IMG/VR virus record: IMGVR_UViG_2524023245_000003
Coordinates: 398-64,397 of that record
Strand: one strand, 5' to 3'
Length of the DNA: 64,000 nucleotides
Source of the DNA: a virus
Lineage: Duplodnaviria > Caudoviricetes
Below, in pieces: positions 46,533 through 55,517 of the stretch (its first letter is position 1; each line of letters opens with the position of its first letter). The notes beneath the pieces were generated by a model. The model was not told the origin of the DNA and ran no database searches. It worked only from the letters and a program-made list of their open reading frames with translations. Both the position numbers and the translations under genes were made by a program.

Positions 46533-47491
46533 GCGGGCACCTCGCCGAGGTCGAGCACGCCCTGGGCGAAGCGGTCGCGAGCGAGGTCGTGGTACTCGGC
46601 GTTCAGGTCGATGCCCACGTACTTGCGGCCGAGCTGCCGGGCCGCGGCGCCCGTGGTGCCGCTCCCGCTGAACGGGTCGGCCACGACGCCGCTCGGTCGG
46701 CAGCCGGCCTTGATGCAGCGCAGCGGAATGTCGATCGGGAACACCGCGAAGTGCGCAGCGGGATACGGGCGGGTTGCGATCTCCCAGACGTCGCCGGGGT
46801 TGCGGCCGCGGGCGTCGGGCCCGGCGTAGGCACCAGTCGCGGTGCGCCGGTGATTCAGGTCGCGAGCCCGGAACGCTCGGCTGCCTGCGCGCCGCTCGGG
46901 AGCGGTGTGCGGCTCACGGATCGCGTCGAGGTCGAACCGGTACCGCGGGCTGCGGCTGAACATGAACAGGTGCTCATGCCGACCGCTGAGCCGGTCGGTC
47001 ACGGACTCCGGCATCGCGTTGGGCTTGGCCCAGATGATCTCGTTGCGGAGTATCCACCCGTCGTCCTGGAGTGCGAACGCCACCCGCCACGGGATGCCGA
47101 GCAGCTGCTTCGCTGCCAGCCCGCCGCCGGACTTGCCGCCGCTTCCGGCGGGGGTGGTGCCGTGGTTGCTGCGCCCTGCCAGCCCATCGGTCTTGGACTC
47201 GCTCCCCTTCGGCGGACAGGCGTAGCTGTCGCCCAAGTTGAGCCACAGCGTGCCGTCGTCGGCTAGCACCCGGCGCGCCTCGGCGAAGACGGTGCGCAGC
47301 TGGTCCACGTAGGCCGCGGGGGTGTCCTCCAGCCCGTACTGGCCGGGCGTGCCGTAGTCGCGGAGTCCGTAGTACGGCGGGCTGGTCACGATGCAGTCCA
47401 CGCTGGCGTCGGGGAGCGTGCGCAGTACCTCCAGCGCGTCGCCGAGGAGCAGGGTCACCTGCTCGTCGCGGTAGTACGGCACGGTCGTCAC
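46529..47491 (-). CDS. DNA methyltransferase, N4-C/N6-A beta class
   Basis: VTSPPY catalytic motif precedes HFAVFP and DPFSGSGTT SAM motif. Confidence 0.95.
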   Translation of the reverse strand: MTTVPYYRDEQVTLLLGDALEVLRTLPDASVDCIVTSPPYYGLRDYGTPGQYGLEDTPAAYVDQLRTVFAEARRVLADDGTLWLNLGDSYACPPKGSESKTDGLAGRSNHGTTPAGSGGKSGGGLAAKQLLGIPWRVAFALQDDGWILRNEIIWAKPNAMPESVTDRLSGRHEHLFMFSRSPRYRFDLDAIREPHTAPERRAGSRAFRARDLNHRRTATGAYAGPDARGRNPGDVWEIATRPYPAAHFAVFPIDIPLRCIKAGCRPSGVVADPFSGSGTTGAAARQLGRKYVGIDLNAEYHDLARDRFAQGVLDLGEVPA

Positions 47492-47547
47492 TTGTCCTCC
47501 AGGGGGAGCAGGGTGAGTTGGTCGGGGTGCAGGTCGTGCGGGGGCGG

Positions 47548-47811
47548 TCACGCGGCGGCGTCCAGGTCCAGGACGAGCTGGTCGGCGGCGAGGTCGCGCC
47601 AGCGCGACGGCTCGTGCACGAGCGTCCACCGGTAGCCCCGCCCGCCGTCCGCGTCCGCGAGGTCCAGCCGCCACACGGTGAGGCCGCGGGCCATCGGCTG
47701 GAAGATGTACACGTGGGCGCCGATGGTGCGCTGCCACTGGCCGGGCGCGTCGTGGTAGCCGAAGCCGCGGCCGTAGAGCCGCATCCCGCCAAGCCGGGCG
47801 GGGGCGGTCAC
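47548..47811 (-). CDS. Hypothetical protein ending QLVLDL
   Basis: GTGA coupling between the two MTase genes. Confidence 0.65.
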   Translation of the reverse strand: MTAPARLGGMRLYGRGFGYHDAPGQWQRTIGAHVYIFQPMARGLTVWRLDLADADGGRGYRWTLVHEPSRWRDLAADQLVLDLDAAA

Positions 47812-48671
47812 GCGGCACCCCCTGCGCGGCCGGCGACGGGGACCACGGTCAGCGGGGCCTCGCTGAAGAGGTCCAGCGCCCCCTGGCCGGCCAGGGGGCG
47901 GTTGGACCACACGACTTCGGTGCGGCTCTTCGCGCCGATGGCGTTGCCGGTCATGGTCTGCTGCTCGTATCGGTGCCAGCCGTCGTACAGCTCGGCGTAC
48001 AGCGGGCTGGCGTAGCCGGAGAGCACCACCGCGGCGGCGCAGTCCCGGAGCGCGGCCGCGAGTTCACGGTGATCCGTCTCGCCGCGCATCTCGCAGCGGT
48101 AGTTCGAGTGCGGCCGCGTACTGCCGAGGTAGGGCGGGTCCACGTACAGCAGCACCTCGGGCTGCGCCCCGTACTTCCCAATGAGCGTCAGCGCGGGCAG
48201 GCACTCCAGAGACACGCCCTGGAGGCGCTCCGCAGCGGCGGCGAGCCGGTCGACGTAGGCGGCCATGTAGCCAGGCATCGAGGCTCCTGATCCGGCCGGG
48301 TCGATGTAGTGCCGCCAGCCCGTGGTGCGAAGCGTTCCGGAGCGGCCTTGCGCCAGGCGGCACCAGATCCGCCGGGCCAGCTCCAGCTCGTCAGTGGTCG
48401 GCTCGAAGGTGGCGGCCAGCTCGGTGCGTGAGTGCGGGGTCAGCGCGCAGGCGCGGACCAGGTCGTCCGGCCGGTCGCGCAGCACCCGCCACATGGTCAT
48501 CAGCTCGCCGTCGAGGTCGTTGACGGTCTCCATCGCGCTGGGGCGCTTGGCCAGCAGCACGGACAGGCCACCGCAGTACGGCTCCACGTAGTGCCCGTGC
48601 GCCGGGAGCAGCCCGGCAATCCAGGACGCGATGCGGGCCTTGCTGCCGAAGTACGGCACCGGCGGCTTCAC
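47808..48671 (-). CDS. Dam-like (D12 class) DNA adenine methyltransferase
   Basis: PYFGSK, YVEPYCG, VNDLD, YVDPPY. Confidence 0.95.
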   Translation of the reverse strand: MKPPVPYFGSKARIASWIAGLLPAHGHYVEPYCGGLSVLLAKRPSAMETVNDLDGELMTMWRVLRDRPDDLVRACALTPHSRTELAATFEPTTDELELARRIWCRLAQGRSGTLRTTGWRHYIDPAGSGASMPGYMAAYVDRLAAAAERLQGVSLECLPALTLIGKYGAQPEVLLYVDPPYLGSTRPHSNYRCEMRGETDHRELAAALRDCAAAVVLSGYASPLYAELYDGWHRYEQQTMTGNAIGAKSRTEVVWSNRPLAGQGALDLFSEAPLTVVPVAGRAGGAA

Positions 48672-49084
48672 GCGGCACCGCCTGCGCGGGCCGGGCCGGA
48701 ACCGGATACCGCGGCGGCGGGCCAGAGTGCGGCGGTCGGGTCTTCCCCGCGTACGACGGCGAGCAGTAGGACCCCGTGGCAGTGGTCCGGCTCGCCGGGC
48801 TCCGGTACGGCGCACCAGCAGGCAATGTCCCAGCCCGCCAGCTCGGCGCGGATCTCCTCGTCCGACGGGTACGCGACGAGGAGTTCCGGCTGCGGGAAGC
48901 TGCGGCGCGCGACGAGGAGGTTCGCCAGCAGCAGGGTGGCGCCGTACCGCTCGGCCGGGCTGGAGTCGTACGCGCGGTACGGGGTGCCGTACTTCGAGCC
49001 GCGGCCGACGTACTTCGCACCGGCGGGCATGCCGCCGCCCTTGGTGCGGGTGCGCTGGACTCGGCGTGGGGTGCGGGTGGTCAT
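48668..49084 (-). CDS. DUF4326-like protein
   Basis: YVGRGSKYGTPY...LAGWDIACWC...CHGVLL. Confidence 0.85.
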   Translation of the reverse strand: MTTRTPRRVQRTRTKGGGMPAGAKYVGRGSKYGTPYRAYDSSPAERYGATLLLANLLVARRSFPQPELLVAYPSDEEIRAELAGWDIACWCAVPEPGEPDHCHGVLLLAVVRGEDPTAALWPAAAVSGSGPARAGGAA

Positions 49085-49344
49085 CAGGCGGCGCTCCTGG
49101 CGGTGTCGGTGTCGGCGGTCGTTGTGGCGGCTATCTGTTGTGTGGTGGGTATGGCGTGGAGGTGGCGGGGGCGGTGGGCCTCGTCGTAGACCCAGGTGCC
49201 GAGCGCGGCTGCGAGGTCGGCGGCGTGGCGCAGCTGCTCGTCGGCGGGGGTGGCGTACGTGCGGGGCGGCTGCGGTGCGGTGTACTCGCCGCCGAAGGTG
49301 CCGGTGGGCAGCTCCTCCAGCAGCAGCCGCTCCTGGGGCGTCAC
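49084..49344 (-). CDS. Hypothetical protein
   Basis: GTGA coupling; ERLLLEELPTGTFGG. Confidence 0.65.
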   Translation of the reverse strand: MTPQERLLLEELPTGTFGGEYTAPQPPRTYATPADEQLRHAADLAAALGTWVYDEAHRPRHLHAIPTTQQIAATTTADTDTARSAA

Positions 49345-49631
49345 GACGAGGCCCTCGCGTGCGCGGCGCATTCCCAGCGGGAGCGGAGGTTGTCGCGGTA
49401 GTAGTCCATGGTGATCAGCTCGGTGGTGATCCCTTGGCGGGCGGCTTGCTCGCGGTCGCCTCGGGTGGGGTTGAAGTGCCGGTGCGCCTGGTCGGCGGTC
49501 GCGAGAGTGCGGCTGTTGACGACGGCGAGGACGACGGAGACGACGCAGCCGCAGGGCCGTCGTTCGAGCCAGCCGCAGTCGTCGAGCGGGACGGACTCGC
49601 CGTTGACGGTGACGGTCAGGGTGTTGGTCAT
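49341..49631 (-). CDS. Hypothetical protein
   Basis: ATGA coupling; PCGC. Confidence 0.65.
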   Translation of the reverse strand: MTNTLTVTVNGESVPLDDCGWLERRPCGCVVSVVLAVVNSRTLATADQAHRHFNPTRGDREQAARQGITTELITMDYYRDNLRSRWECAAHARASS

Positions 49632-50512
49632 GAGGCGCTCCGGATCTTGGCGGTGGTGGTGCCTGCGCAGCGGGCGCAGCGGTGGTCTGTGCGGCGTGGG
49701 AGGTGGCGGGTGCCGCAGTCGGGGCAGCGGGCGAAGTCGGTGACGGTGCCGAGCGGTTGAGCGGCGGGTGGCGGCGCGGTGTCGTGGTCGTCTTGTCCTG
49801 GGACTGGATGATCGTTTTGGGGTCCGGCACCCGGATCTACCTGAGGTGGGGAAGAGACCTCGGCCGCGTCATGGGGTAGTTCCTTGGCTATCCCTGGGTT
49901 GTTCGGGTCGCGGGGGCCCGAACCAATCGGGTCGCGGGGGCCCGAACTCGGTGGGGTCGCGGTCACCCGAACTTCGTCGTCCGTACCGCCGGTAAGTTCG
50001 GGTCGCGGGGGCCCGAACTGGTTCGGGTCGCGGTCACCCGAACTTTCTTCGTTGTCCTGCCACGGCGCGGGGCTCTTTCCTGACTTCCTCGGGGCTGCCG
50101 CCAACACCGCCTCACCCGCTGCCCAGTCCGGCCACGGCGTGAGTACGAGGACGTACAGCGTCGCCTTCCCGCGCTTCTGCTCGCCCTTCACCGCGACGAC
50201 ACCAGCGGCGATCGCAGCCCGCAGATAGCGGCGGGTGTCCTTCTCGCTCGCGCCGGCCGCCCGTGCGATGTCCTGGATGCGGATCGGTTTCCGGTCGCCG
50301 GAGAACCGCAGCTCCCCCGAGGCGTTGGCCATGGCGCGGAGGGCGTAGAGCAGGGTCAGGATGCTGCGGCGCAGCCTGGTCGGCATGGCGGGCGCCCACT
50401 TCCACGCGAGTGCGTTCCCGAACGCGTTGGGGACGCTCCCGGGAGCCCTGCCGTCCTGACCCTGCTCTGTGCTCAACTCGACCTCGGATCGTGCGTGCGT
50501 ACGGGGGGGCAA
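49628..50512 (-). CDS. Replication initiator (wHTH, lambda-O-like organisation)
   Basis: RIQDIARAAGASEKDTRRYL HTH, internal iterons, C-terminal Zn ribbon; start uncertain. Confidence 0.75.
   Translation of the reverse strand: MPPRTHARSEVELSTEQGQDGRAPGSVPNAFGNALAWKWAPAMPTRLRRSILTLLYALRAMANASGELRFSGDRKPIRIQDIARAAGASEKDTRRYLRAAIAAGVVAVKGEQKRGKATLYVLVLTPWPDWAAGEAVLAAAPRKSGKSPAPWQDNEESSGDRDPNQFGPPRPELTGGTDDEVRVTATPPSSGPRDPIGSGPRDPNNPGIAKELPHDAAEVSSPPQVDPGAGPQNDHPVPGQDDHDTAPPPAAQPLGTVTDFARCPDCGTRHLPRRTDHRCARCAGTTTAKIRSAS
49901..50043. repeat. Five 23-bp palindromic iterons GTTCGGG-N9-CCCGAAC, candidate origin of replication
   Basis: Copies at 49901, 49925, 49950, 49996 and 50021. Confidence 0.85.
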
Positions 50513-50528
50513 TGCCGGGATGGTGGTG

Positions 50529-52028
50529 CTACTCGCGCTGCCTATCGAGCAGCGGGTACTCGTCCGGGAACTGCATGCCGGGGCGGCCGTTGACGAGGTT
50601 CGGCTTCAGGTGCACGCGGCAGCCGGCCTCGCGGGCCTGGATGACGATGCGGGCGACCCAGTCGAAGGGCGGAGCGAACGCGGGCACGACACCGCCGGGC
50701 TGCCGCGTCTCGGTCTGCGCGCCGATGACGACCCAGTCGAAGACGGACAGGTCGGTGAACTCCAGCGGCTCCTTGAGGGGCTCCAGCGACAGCCACTTGA
50801 CCGCAGGACCGTCGATCTCCCGGAAGGCGTTCTCGGCGATGCGTACGCGCTTCTGCTCGTCCACGCTGGTGCCCACCCAGGCGCCCGGCGGCATGTCCAA
50901 CCCGACGTAGCGGGCCGGGAACTTGGTGAGGGTGATGTACTGCCAGGCCGGGTTGGCGCACATGGAGGCGTGGACGGCCTGGATCCACTCGTCGGGGACC
51001 CAGCGTCCGTAGAGGTCGGCCATGGAGCAGACGAAGACGCGGCGGTAGGCGCACACCTTGCATTCGCCGTCGGCGCATCCGGGGTGCTGGTCGTCGCGGT
51101 ACGCGGCCGGGATGACGGTGTTCGCCGGGGCGTCGAGGCGCTCGTGGTGGTAGAGCGGGGTGAAGCCGGTCGGGTAGGCGCCGGCGTACCGCTCGTCGGT
51201 GGCGATGGCGCGGGCGTAGCAGTAGTTGCAGCCGTGGAGGCAGCCGGTGACGGGGTTCCAGGACCAGGCGGCCCAGGAGATGCCGGTGCCGCGGGACTCG
51301 TTGAATGTGGCCTTGGCGGCGGGCTGCGGGTAGTTCACCGGCTCGCCGGTGTGGGTGCGCAAGGTGAGCGTGACCGGGCTGGGCTTCGGCGCGGGCTCGG
51401 GCTTGGGCAGGGCGGCTATGCGCTGCTTCCGCTGCCGGTCCGCCGCGTCCAACGCCAGAGCACCCGCACGAACCTGGGCGGCGAGATCCGGCGAGTCCCG
51501 CACGACGGCCTTCGCCTGCTGCACCGCCCGACCCGACGCGCCGACAGCGCGCGCGGCCATAGTGGTCGACTCCCGCTCGCGGCGGTCCGGTCCAGCTTCC
51601 CGCAGATCTGCGGGAACCGTCGAGCTTGTGACCTGCGCATTCACCTTCTCTGCGGTCTGACGGCCAGCCGCTCGCTGCGCTTCCTTCGCTGCCGCCGAGT
51701 AGTGCCGCTCGTACTCCAGTGCCATCAGCGCTTTCTGTCCGGCGTTGAGCTGGCGGCGGGCGAGGTTCTTCGACACGATCAGGTCGAGGACCATCGCCTC
51801 GGTGTAGCGCTCCGGCAGGGCTTCGAACACCGGGTCCGCTCCGGCTGCTTCGCACGCCCGGTACCGGTTGCGGCCGTCGATCAGGACCGTCCGGTCGTGG
51901 TTGAGGGCGATCGGCTCGCGCAGGCCGTTGCGCTTGACGTCGCGGACGAGTTCTTCGAATTCCTCGCCGTCGATCAGCGGGAAGGCGTCAGCGAACGGGT
52001 GCACCTCGTAGGGCCCGAGCTTCGCCAT
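50529..52028 (-). CDS. ParB/Srx-like domain fused to Gp37/Gp68 (DUF5131) radical-SAM-like domain
   Basis: GLREPI...IDGRNRYRAC; ISW...SWNPVTGCLHGCNYCYA, VFVCSMADL, LTK.P, WLSLEPL, DWVVIG. Confidence 0.9.
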   Translation of the reverse strand: MAKLGPYEVHPFADAFPLIDGEEFEELVRDVKRNGLREPIALNHDRTVLIDGRNRYRACEAAGADPVFEALPERYTEAMVLDLIVSKNLARRQLNAGQKALMALEYERHYSAAAKEAQRAAGRQTAEKVNAQVTSSTVPADLREAGPDRRERESTTMAARAVGASGRAVQQAKAVVRDSPDLAAQVRAGALALDAADRQRKQRIAALPKPEPAPKPSPVTLTLRTHTGEPVNYPQPAAKATFNESRGTGISWAAWSWNPVTGCLHGCNYCYARAIATDERYAGAYPTGFTPLYHHERLDAPANTVIPAAYRDDQHPGCADGECKVCAYRRVFVCSMADLYGRWVPDEWIQAVHASMCANPAWQYITLTKFPARYVGLDMPPGAWVGTSVDEQKRVRIAENAFREIDGPAVKWLSLEPLKEPLEFTDLSVFDWVVIGAQTETRQPGGVVPAFAPPFDWVARIVIQAREAGCRVHLKPNLVNGRPGMQFPDEYPLLDRQRE

Positions 52029-52029
52029 G

Positions 52030-52293
52030 TCAGTTCTCCTTGCCGTGGATCTTGCAGTGGCAGCGGTGGCACACCGCCGCAAGGTTTTCCGGGACGTCGA
52101 ACGCGCCCCAGGGCGGATAGCGCCAGTGGTGCGGTTCTGTCGGCGGGCGCACTCCGCAGTGCTCGCAACGGCCACCGGCCCGCTCGAACACCGCGCGCCG
52201 CACCGTGAGGAACCGCGGGTGCCGCAGGTACTCGGCGTAGGTGCGGTACGGCTGGTCGACGCCGGGGCGGGGTGGCGCGTAGTGGCGGGTCAC
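52030..52293 (-). CDS. Small HNH endonuclease
   Basis: YAEYL...RCEHC...HH..Y...ENL..VCHRCH. Confidence 0.85.
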   Translation of the reverse strand: MTRHYAPPRPGVDQPYRTYAEYLRHPRFLTVRRAVFERAGGRCEHCGVRPPTEPHHWRYPPWGAFDVPENLAAVCHRCHCKIHGKEN

Positions 52294-53279
52294 GCCGCGG
52301 CGTCCAGGTCGAACAGCGTCAGGTCCCCACCGGAGTCGGGCAGGGCATCGGCGGTCGGCGCGACGGGGCGCGGGATCATCGCGAGCCGCTGGTCGCTGCT
52401 CGCCGCCATCCATTCGCGTTCCCGGCCACTGATCTGCTTCAGCTCCGACTTCTGCAAGAAGAGCCGCAGGAGAAGGTCGTCGAACTCGCCGCAGTCCTGC
52501 CGCCACCAAGCAATGCTCACGGACCGGTTGCAGCCCTTCGCGCTTTTCCGGGCCGCGTGGTCGGTCTTGTGCCGCCACTTCTCGGCTGTCGCCACGAGAT
52601 ACGCCCACTGCGCTTCGTCCTGGTCGAGCGCGGCGAGTGACAAGTCGCGGTACTCGGGCAGTGCGTACTGCTGTTCCCGCACAGTGGAGAACCACTTGAT
52701 GCGGACGTCGATGCTGTTCCGCTTCAGGCCGGCCGGGTTGCACCCCATGGTGGACAGGCAGCGGAACAGCCTTGCCCTGGAAGCAATCTCCGCCGCGAAG
52801 GTGGAACGCATCGCCCACTCAGTGATCGCGTTCGGGTCGTTGACGACGAATACGGCGGTGTCTCGGCCGATGTCGGTGACGTCGGCGTCCGCGCCGCTGC
52901 CGAACTGGGCGACGACGGTGGACTTGCTGACCGGGTGGGCCCACGTCTCGGAACCAACTGCGAGGTAGCCGAGACCCGGCAGGTTCGCGTCGAGATTCCC
53001 GAGGAGCCGGTCGTAGTTGGCCACGGCGATTTCGTGGAGGCGAACGCTCACCGGTATGCGGCAGGTCGCCGCGTAGTAGGAGAGGATGCCCGGCGAGCAG
53101 GCGCGGTACCAGGTCTCGCCCTCAACGGGAGCGGCGTCACCCGCGGTGAGGTCGTACCAGATCCCGCGGCGAACGCCGAGGCGCGGGATGACCCCGGCCT
53201 CCTGGCCGACGATGCTCCGCAGGTAGTCGTGTTTGATGGGTGTGCGCCAGCTGCGGCCGACGTCCATGTGCTTGGTCAC
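52290..53279 (-). CDS. Divergent TcmP-like (three-Cys-motif partner) methyltransferase-fold protein
   Basis: TPIKHDYL...YDLTAGD...SPGI...HEI...FVVNDP resembles TcmP T.xKH...DxxAG...GSP...E...DP; adjacent to DUF5131. Confidence 0.65.
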   Translation of the reverse strand: MTKHMDVGRSWRTPIKHDYLRSIVGQEAGVIPRLGVRRGIWYDLTAGDAAPVEGETWYRACSPGILSYYAATCRIPVSVRLHEIAVANYDRLLGNLDANLPGLGYLAVGSETWAHPVSKSTVVAQFGSGADADVTDIGRDTAVFVVNDPNAITEWAMRSTFAAEIASRARLFRCLSTMGCNPAGLKRNSIDVRIKWFSTVREQQYALPEYRDLSLAALDQDEAQWAYLVATAEKWRHKTDHAARKSAKGCNRSVSIAWWRQDCGEFDDLLLRLFLQKSELKQISGREREWMAASSDQRLAMIPRPVAPTADALPDSGGDLTLFDLDAAA

Positions 53280-53497
53280 GGGATGTCCTTCCGGTGGGTG
53301 CAGGTGGCCGCGTGGGTGCGGCGGATGGTGGTGACGAAGGCGGCCACTGCGTCCCCGCTGGCCGAGTCCGCCCAGCCGCAGCGCAAGCAGAGGTAGTCGG
53401 CGGCGGGGTACCGCACCCAGCTGGCGCCGCCGCGGGACTGCTGGCCGCAGTCGACCCGCAGCCACGCCGTGACGGTCACGGCACCCCGCCGCGTCAC
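53276..53497 (-). CDS. Small Zn-binding protein
   Basis: ADYLCLRC...H...C; GTGA coupling. Confidence 0.65.
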   Translation of the reverse strand: MTRRGAVTVTAWLRVDCGQQSRGGASWVRYPAADYLCLRCGWADSASGDAVAAFVTTIRRTHAATCTHRKDIP

Positions 53498-53772
53498 GCG
53501 GCGGCCCTGGTTTCGGCGCGGCGGGTGCGCCGGTAGAGCAGGGAGCGCTCGTCCTCCGTGAGGCCGCCGCGTACGCCCCACCTCGACTCGGCGCGCTGAC
53601 CGCCCTCGTCCCGCATCGCCTCGGCGAGGCAGGCGGCGCGGACACGGATCGGGCAGGCCGCGCACACTTCGCGGGCCTCCCGGATACCGGATGCGTCGGC
53701 GGGCGAGGGGTACATCGCGTCCGGGTCGATGTCCGGCCAGGCGCAGCGCTCCTCAGCGCGCCAGGCGGTCAT
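53494..53772 (-). CDS. WhiB-family transcription factor
   Basis: C...CAACP...C...WGVRGGLTEDER. Confidence 0.92.
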   Translation of the reverse strand: MTAWRAEERCAWPDIDPDAMYPSPADASGIREAREVCAACPIRVRAACLAEAMRDEGGQRAESRWGVRGGLTEDERSLLYRRTRRAETRAAA

Positions 53773-54344
53773 GACGCACCGCCCGTCGCCGGCTGAGGCG
53801 CCTTCCGCTTCCGCTGGCGGTTGCACGCCTTGCAGTAGGTGGTGCCGTCCGGCGCGTACCGGCCGTGGACGTCCTGGTCGTGCCCGTGGGCGCACTCCTC
53901 GGCCCGCTTCTGGCCGCCCGTGAGGTACCGCAGCTGCTCCCTGGTGCGGAGTCGGGCGGCGGTGTCGTCCACGTGCTCGGGGGCGACGCAGTGGGGGATG
54001 CCGCACTCGGCGCGGGCGTATCCGACTGGGTCTCGGCCGGTGCGGATGCGGAACGCGATCCGGGCCGCGGTGAACTTTTCCTCCCGGTAGCTCAGGATCG
54101 GCGTGTGGCTGACGGGCTGTCGCTGGCCCAGCCATTCCAGGTGCCCGCCCCTGACGGGCCGTGTCAGCGTCCGCCACCTCTGCTCCAGCGTCAGCGGCTG
54201 CGGGGACACGTTCGGGATGCCCAGGTCGCGGCGGATGCGGGCCACGCGGTGCCGGTCGCAGCGCAGCCGCTGGCTGATGGCGGTGTTGGTCAGGCCCTGA
54301 TGCAGCAGGACAGCGATCTCGGCCTCGGTCGCGTTCTGATTCAC
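53769..54344 (-). CDS. HTH plus degenerate HNH/Zn-finger protein
   Basis: GLTNTAISQRLRC; HLEW.G...AARIAF...CG.PHCVAPEH; CAHGH...CKAC. Confidence 0.75.
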   Translation of the reverse strand: MNQNATEAEIAVLLHQGLTNTAISQRLRCDRHRVARIRRDLGIPNVSPQPLTLEQRWRTLTRPVRGGHLEWLGQRQPVSHTPILSYREEKFTAARIAFRIRTGRDPVGYARAECGIPHCVAPEHVDDTAARLRTREQLRYLTGGQKRAEECAHGHDQDVHGRYAPDGTTYCKACNRQRKRKAPQPATGGAS

Positions 54345-54733
54345 CGCCGCACCTCCTCATGGTCGGGCAGCACGAACAGCGCGTCCGGCCCTTCGGGCCC
54401 GGGCAGGCTCACCGCGGCCACAGGCTGGGCCGGGGCAGACAGCGGCGCCGTCTCACCCCGTTCGACCTCGGCCATGTCCGCTTCTTCGGCGAGCCACGCC
54501 AGCCCGGCCGGGGAAGACTTCCACTCATCGAGTCGCCTCCGGCCTTCCTCTGTGAGGACGAGGCCGTCGCAGCCGTACGCGAGGAGTCCGCACCAGCGGC
54601 CGGTCACAGCGTTGTTGGACACGCCGTGGACCCGGTAGCTCTCGAAGTCGTATGTCAGGGTTCCGGCCTCGGCCATCAGGAGGTAGCCCAGGTGGTACCA
54701 GGTGAGGCGCTCGGGAGGCTGCTGGTACTTCAC
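54341..54733 (-). CDS. Hypothetical protein
   Basis: GTGA coupling on both sides. Confidence 0.65.
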   Translation of the reverse strand: MKYQQPPERLTWYHLGYLLMAEAGTLTYDFESYRVHGVSNNAVTGRWCGLLAYGCDGLVLTEEGRRRLDEWKSSPAGLAWLAEEADMAEVERGETAPLSAPAQPVAAVSLPGPEGPDALFVLPDHEEVRR

Positions 54734-55260
54734 GCGGCATCGCCTCCGATGCGCCAGATGCGGATGACCGCGCCGGGCCCCGAGCGCAGCACGTCGCTCG
54801 CGTCGTCTCCGACGTAGTGCTTAGCGAGGCGGCGGTACTCCACCACGCGGGCGTCGTCCTTCCACGCCCCGGCGTCGGTGAGCGCGTCCTCGGTCGACCG
54901 CAGCAGCTTCGAGAGGTCCGGCATCGAGGCGGGCCGCCACATCAAGGTCTTGGACCAGCGGACTCCGGCCGGCCACCAACTCGGCTTACTCGTCGGGCGG
55001 TGCCTGATGGTGAAGGTGACGGCGACGGAGAGGGGGCCGTCCAGGGGCTGCCATGTCTCGTCGCCGGTGTGCATGGCCTGGAGCGCGGCCGTTTTGACGT
55101 CCTGCCGCCAGGGCTTGACCTTCTTGGAGGACTCGACCATCACCCCGCGGCCGACGTGGCGTTTGCTGCCTTGGGGGCCGGGGGTGCCGTGGACGGTGAT
55201 GGTGAGGGCGGGGGCCGCCCCCGCCGTGGTGGCGGGGGCGGCAATCTGCGGGGTGGTCAC
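54730..55260 (-). CDS. rusA: RusA-like Holliday junction resolvase
   Basis: GTPGPQGSK...KPWR...PDLSKLLRSTEDALT...DDARVV. Confidence 0.92.
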   Translation of the reverse strand: MTTPQIAAPATTAGAAPALTITVHGTPGPQGSKRHVGRGVMVESSKKVKPWRQDVKTAALQAMHTGDETWQPLDGPLSVAVTFTIRHRPTSKPSWWPAGVRWSKTLMWRPASMPDLSKLLRSTEDALTDAGAWKDDARVVEYRRLAKHYVGDDASDVLRSGPGAVIRIWRIGGDAA

Positions 55261-55517
55261 CGGATATCTCCCGCCGGGCGCAGCTCGGCGAGGGCCTGCC
55301 CGTACAGGGCGCAGAAGCCCGTGCAGTACCAGCGGGCGGGCTCACGGGAGCTGGTGATGTGTACCCGGGTCATCCGGGTGGGGGTGCGGCGGCCGGGGGT
55401 GACCACGATGCCGCACCGCTCGGCCGTGCACGTTCCGGGGCGGGTGACTTCCCGGCCCGGCGCGGAGGGCCCGGTCATGCCCCGGTTCCACTCCTGGCGC
55501 GTCTGCGGGGCGGTCAC
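55257..55517 (-). CDS. Small Cys-containing hypothetical protein
   Basis: GTGA coupling; WYCTGFC. Confidence 0.6.
   Translation of the reverse strand: MTAPQTRQEWNRGMTGPSAPGREVTRPGTCTAERCGIVVTPGRRTPTRMTRVHITSSREPARWYCTGFCALYGQALAELRPAGDIR

Noticed and set aside
46529-48671. Classical type II restriction-modification system
   Set aside because: No adjacent restriction endonuclease; orphan MTases are common in phage early regions
49901-50043. Possible mini-CRISPR array or LexA boxes
   Set aside because: Most repeats are only 1-2 nt apart, lie inside a CDS, and no cas genes are present; half-site spacing does not fit LexA
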